Part shown: positions 61,464 to 64,000 of the stretch, piece by piece | How the letters are laid out: every line of letters begins with the position of its first letter | Position numbering within the stretch: the first letter of the stretch is position 1 | Program-made: the position numbers and the translations under genes | Notes under the pieces: model-generated | What the model was told of the DNA's origin: nothing | The model's database searches: none | Seen by the model: the letters and a program-made list of their open reading frames with translations, nothing else | Source: Spizellomyces punctatus DAOM BR117 | Lineage: Eukaryota | DNA: 64,000 bases | Direction: 5' to 3' (one strand) | Assembly: GCA_000182565.2 (NCBI GenBank) | Contig: KQ257459.1

Positions 61464-63049
61464 TCAGCTAGCCTTCCCAAGATCTAGCTTCCGCTTAAAT
61501 GTCTTCTCAGCGGTATATATGAATGAATCTACAATTCCAGCAACAGTAAAGACTCCGCCAACCACCGCGCACACGTCCGTAAGGAAGTGTGAGAATGGCT
61601 TTTGATACTCTGTGTAGGTCACGAGCATAGGAGAGATGTCGTAATTGAAAAAAATGCCTGCAATTATGTCGGAGTGAGTGACATAGTGGTTTGCAGAGCT
61701 GGCAGTCAAAGGGCGGGCGCACCTGGTAACCCTCCACCACCTGTTCTCGGTGTTGTATCCCGCTCGTGTTCGGTCGCCGAGAATTGATTGGTATGTATTA
61801 CAGTACCGTTCATATAATTGAACCTTGTGCTGACTACTTTGATATAGTACTGGAACATAAAGTACTCTGTTGTGTGTTAAGGTGTGCTGTATTGACGACC
61901 TACTAGCAAATTGTGATGGCACCCACCCCCTTTGGTCTCCTTCGATACTCCGTCCAAAGGATTAGCGAAATCCACCTGTCTTCCAAATGATAGCGAATGA
62001 ATAGTATGGGTGAATTGGAATTTGTGATCCTTAAGGTACGGCGCAAGATCGTGCACATGCATATGGCTTTGCGAAAAGCTTTTCCCGGGAGCAAGGTGAA
62101 CGTTTCCTGCCACTTTGTTTACTTGCAAATGCCCCCAAACGTTACATCCCTCTTTGGATTGATTGGCAATCTTGTCAGCCCAGCCCTCGTTGATGCACTG
62201 TTAACGATATGAAGACCAGTTCAGATCGAAAGCGCCTCAGTAGCAAGACCAATAGCGTGCATGCACCGTTGTACTGACCTGTTCCACTTTCTCTGCCGCA
62301 AAGGCCCAGCCCATTTCCGCATAAGCCTTTTGCACGTCCTCACATGAGTTACAGCATCCGCTTTCAGGAGCCTTTGCGTTATAGCAGCTTCCACAGTACG
62401 CTGGATCTTTTGCCTTTGCCACCGCCCCGGATAGCCCCTTGGTACTGTCTCCGATCTCTGGACGAGTCAACCTTGTTTGTGAATCAGGTATAACGAAGAA
62501 TTGCTCATCGTATTAACTTACGCCCTTTTTCTGCGTCAATCTTATTCCCTTTTTCGTCCAGACGTACTTTATAAATAGTGGACGCTATATCGTTCTGGTG
62601 CTCTCCCGCCACGTCCATAACATCCATGCTCAGCACTGTATAGCAATGATGAATGAGGATACTGTGGAAGTCAAGGTTACAACCAGTATGCCCTACGCAC
62701 AGTAGCATGGTACTCGAGGCACTGTAATGTTCAAATTGATCCATAGCTTCTCTTTGCGGGCTTTGTCGACCTCAATGCTCGGTTGCAGAGTCACAGACCG
62801 CCAGTCAATAAACTCGGAGAAAAGCAGCAGCGTTATTACAATCGCGCTAGCCAGTGTCACTGTAGAAAGGTTTTGTTGCTTGAGCCTTTGCATCAACCGC
62901 CTCCTGAACAAGCGTTACAAACCCGCCGCCCCTGATGCTGTCTTTACTCGAAAATCTTCAATTGGCTTCGCGTATGCATCAAAGTCTTTTAGTTTGTCCA
63001 GTAAGTTACCGGAGCTTACAGCTGTACTGGTTCGTCTCCTAAGGGACAT
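61464..63049 (-). CDS. ERV46: ER-Golgi COPII vesicle protein Erv46/ERGIC3
   Basis: FDAYAK..EDFRVKTASGA, MDVMDVAGEHQ, YCGSCY...CCNSCEDV, VNKVAGNVHLAPGKS, FFNYDISPM, FLTDVCAVVGGVFTVAG, LGKAS. Confidence 0.95.
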
Positions 63050-64000
63050 GTTGACGACTGCAGCGGGCGGAGATGGAGATGGCAGCGCATTCGAGTAGAG
63101 AGCGTTTGAAACCACGATAGGCCCTTGACTGTGCCACTCGCCGAATTCTGGAATTACTTCAAGAACTTCAACTAGTATCTATCATTTTATGCAACTATGC
63201 ACTTTTCAATATCACTGGCATACGGTGTCCCTTTATATTATGGATCACCAGCTACTAATGAGAGTAGCTGCATTTCTTAACCAACATCAGCGTACGATCT
63301 ACAGAGTAGACCGTATGATAAACTTGGGTCCCCGCTGTCAGTAGGCCAGTGAAACAGATCCGGCCATCTGTGGTCATTAGTATCATGTTCAATAACATTG
63401 GCAGGGGTCTCTCCTAACAGCTCGCTGGTAAGCCAATATAGAGAGCCATACGTTAGCGAGCAAAGATGCTCGAGCGTAGCAGTGATGCACCTGTTGGAAA
63501 AGCCCGGGAGTAAATTTACTTTGTCCGGCCATCGTTCAAACTACGAGAGTTTAAAGTTCGAAGCGATATATGGCTGTGCCACTGGCGGACAATTGAAGAA
63601 GTCTGTGCCACATCCGCGGCTGGCTCGTCCTTTGTCGTCTTGCACTGCCTTGACATGTGCCAAGATGGCCACGATAGATGGGGAGAGAGGCATGAATAGC
63701 CTGCAGAGGTACTCTTCCAATGGCTGATATGAAAAGTCCAAGGAGTTTGCAGTGTTCCTTACCATATATGTTCCACCCGTAGTGATGAAAGACTCCTTGC
63801 CCCACCGTTACCTCCACGAGCAGCGAACCGACAAGAAACCGACTGGATATCGGAGAGTACGTTATTGTCACCTCCGTACTTTGCAGATGAAGACGCTTAC
63901 CCAGCCCTATACAGCGGCCCCACAAGATAGAATATGCATACTTCGCGACTTTTTGAAAGGACAGCCAGACTACAATATTCGAGTCTTTGTCCTCCGCCAC

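Noticed and set aside
63300..64000. - strand ORF fragments at the window edge
   Set aside because: No coherent frame or recognisable product; truncated by the window end

Overview
Gene-dense, intron-rich (mostly 50-130 nt GT-AG introns) eukaryotic nuclear DNA. It most likely comes from a flagellated, zoosporic fungus (chytrid). This is inferred from fungal-type housekeeping genes (GSH1, GH13 alpha-amylase, GTR1, ERV46) occurring together with genes lost in Dikarya (IFT121/WDR35, a TMEM237-like transition-zone gene, E2F). About 27 protein genes and one tRNA-Arg(UCG) can be supported; exon boundaries were assembled by eye and are approximate. Highlights: (1) an MT-A70 gene of the AMT6/7 (MTA9) type, the partner subunit of the ApT 6mA DNA methyltransferase, whose MT-A70 domain is invisible in the ORF track and retains an NPPF catalytic-type motif; (2) RagA/GTR1 head-to-head with WDR83/MORG1 across 149 bp containing Gcn4/AP-1 and CRE-like sites; (3) a P450 with a mitochondrial-type presequence and mitochondrial-clan-like motifs; (4) a divergent pair of tiny spliced single-Myb genes; (5) an OCIA-like protein; (6) two intronless HGT candidates (a GT-A glycosyltransferase and an HEXXH protein). 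There is one 100-N assembly gap, inside WDR35. No CRISPR array, rRNA or intact transposon was seen.
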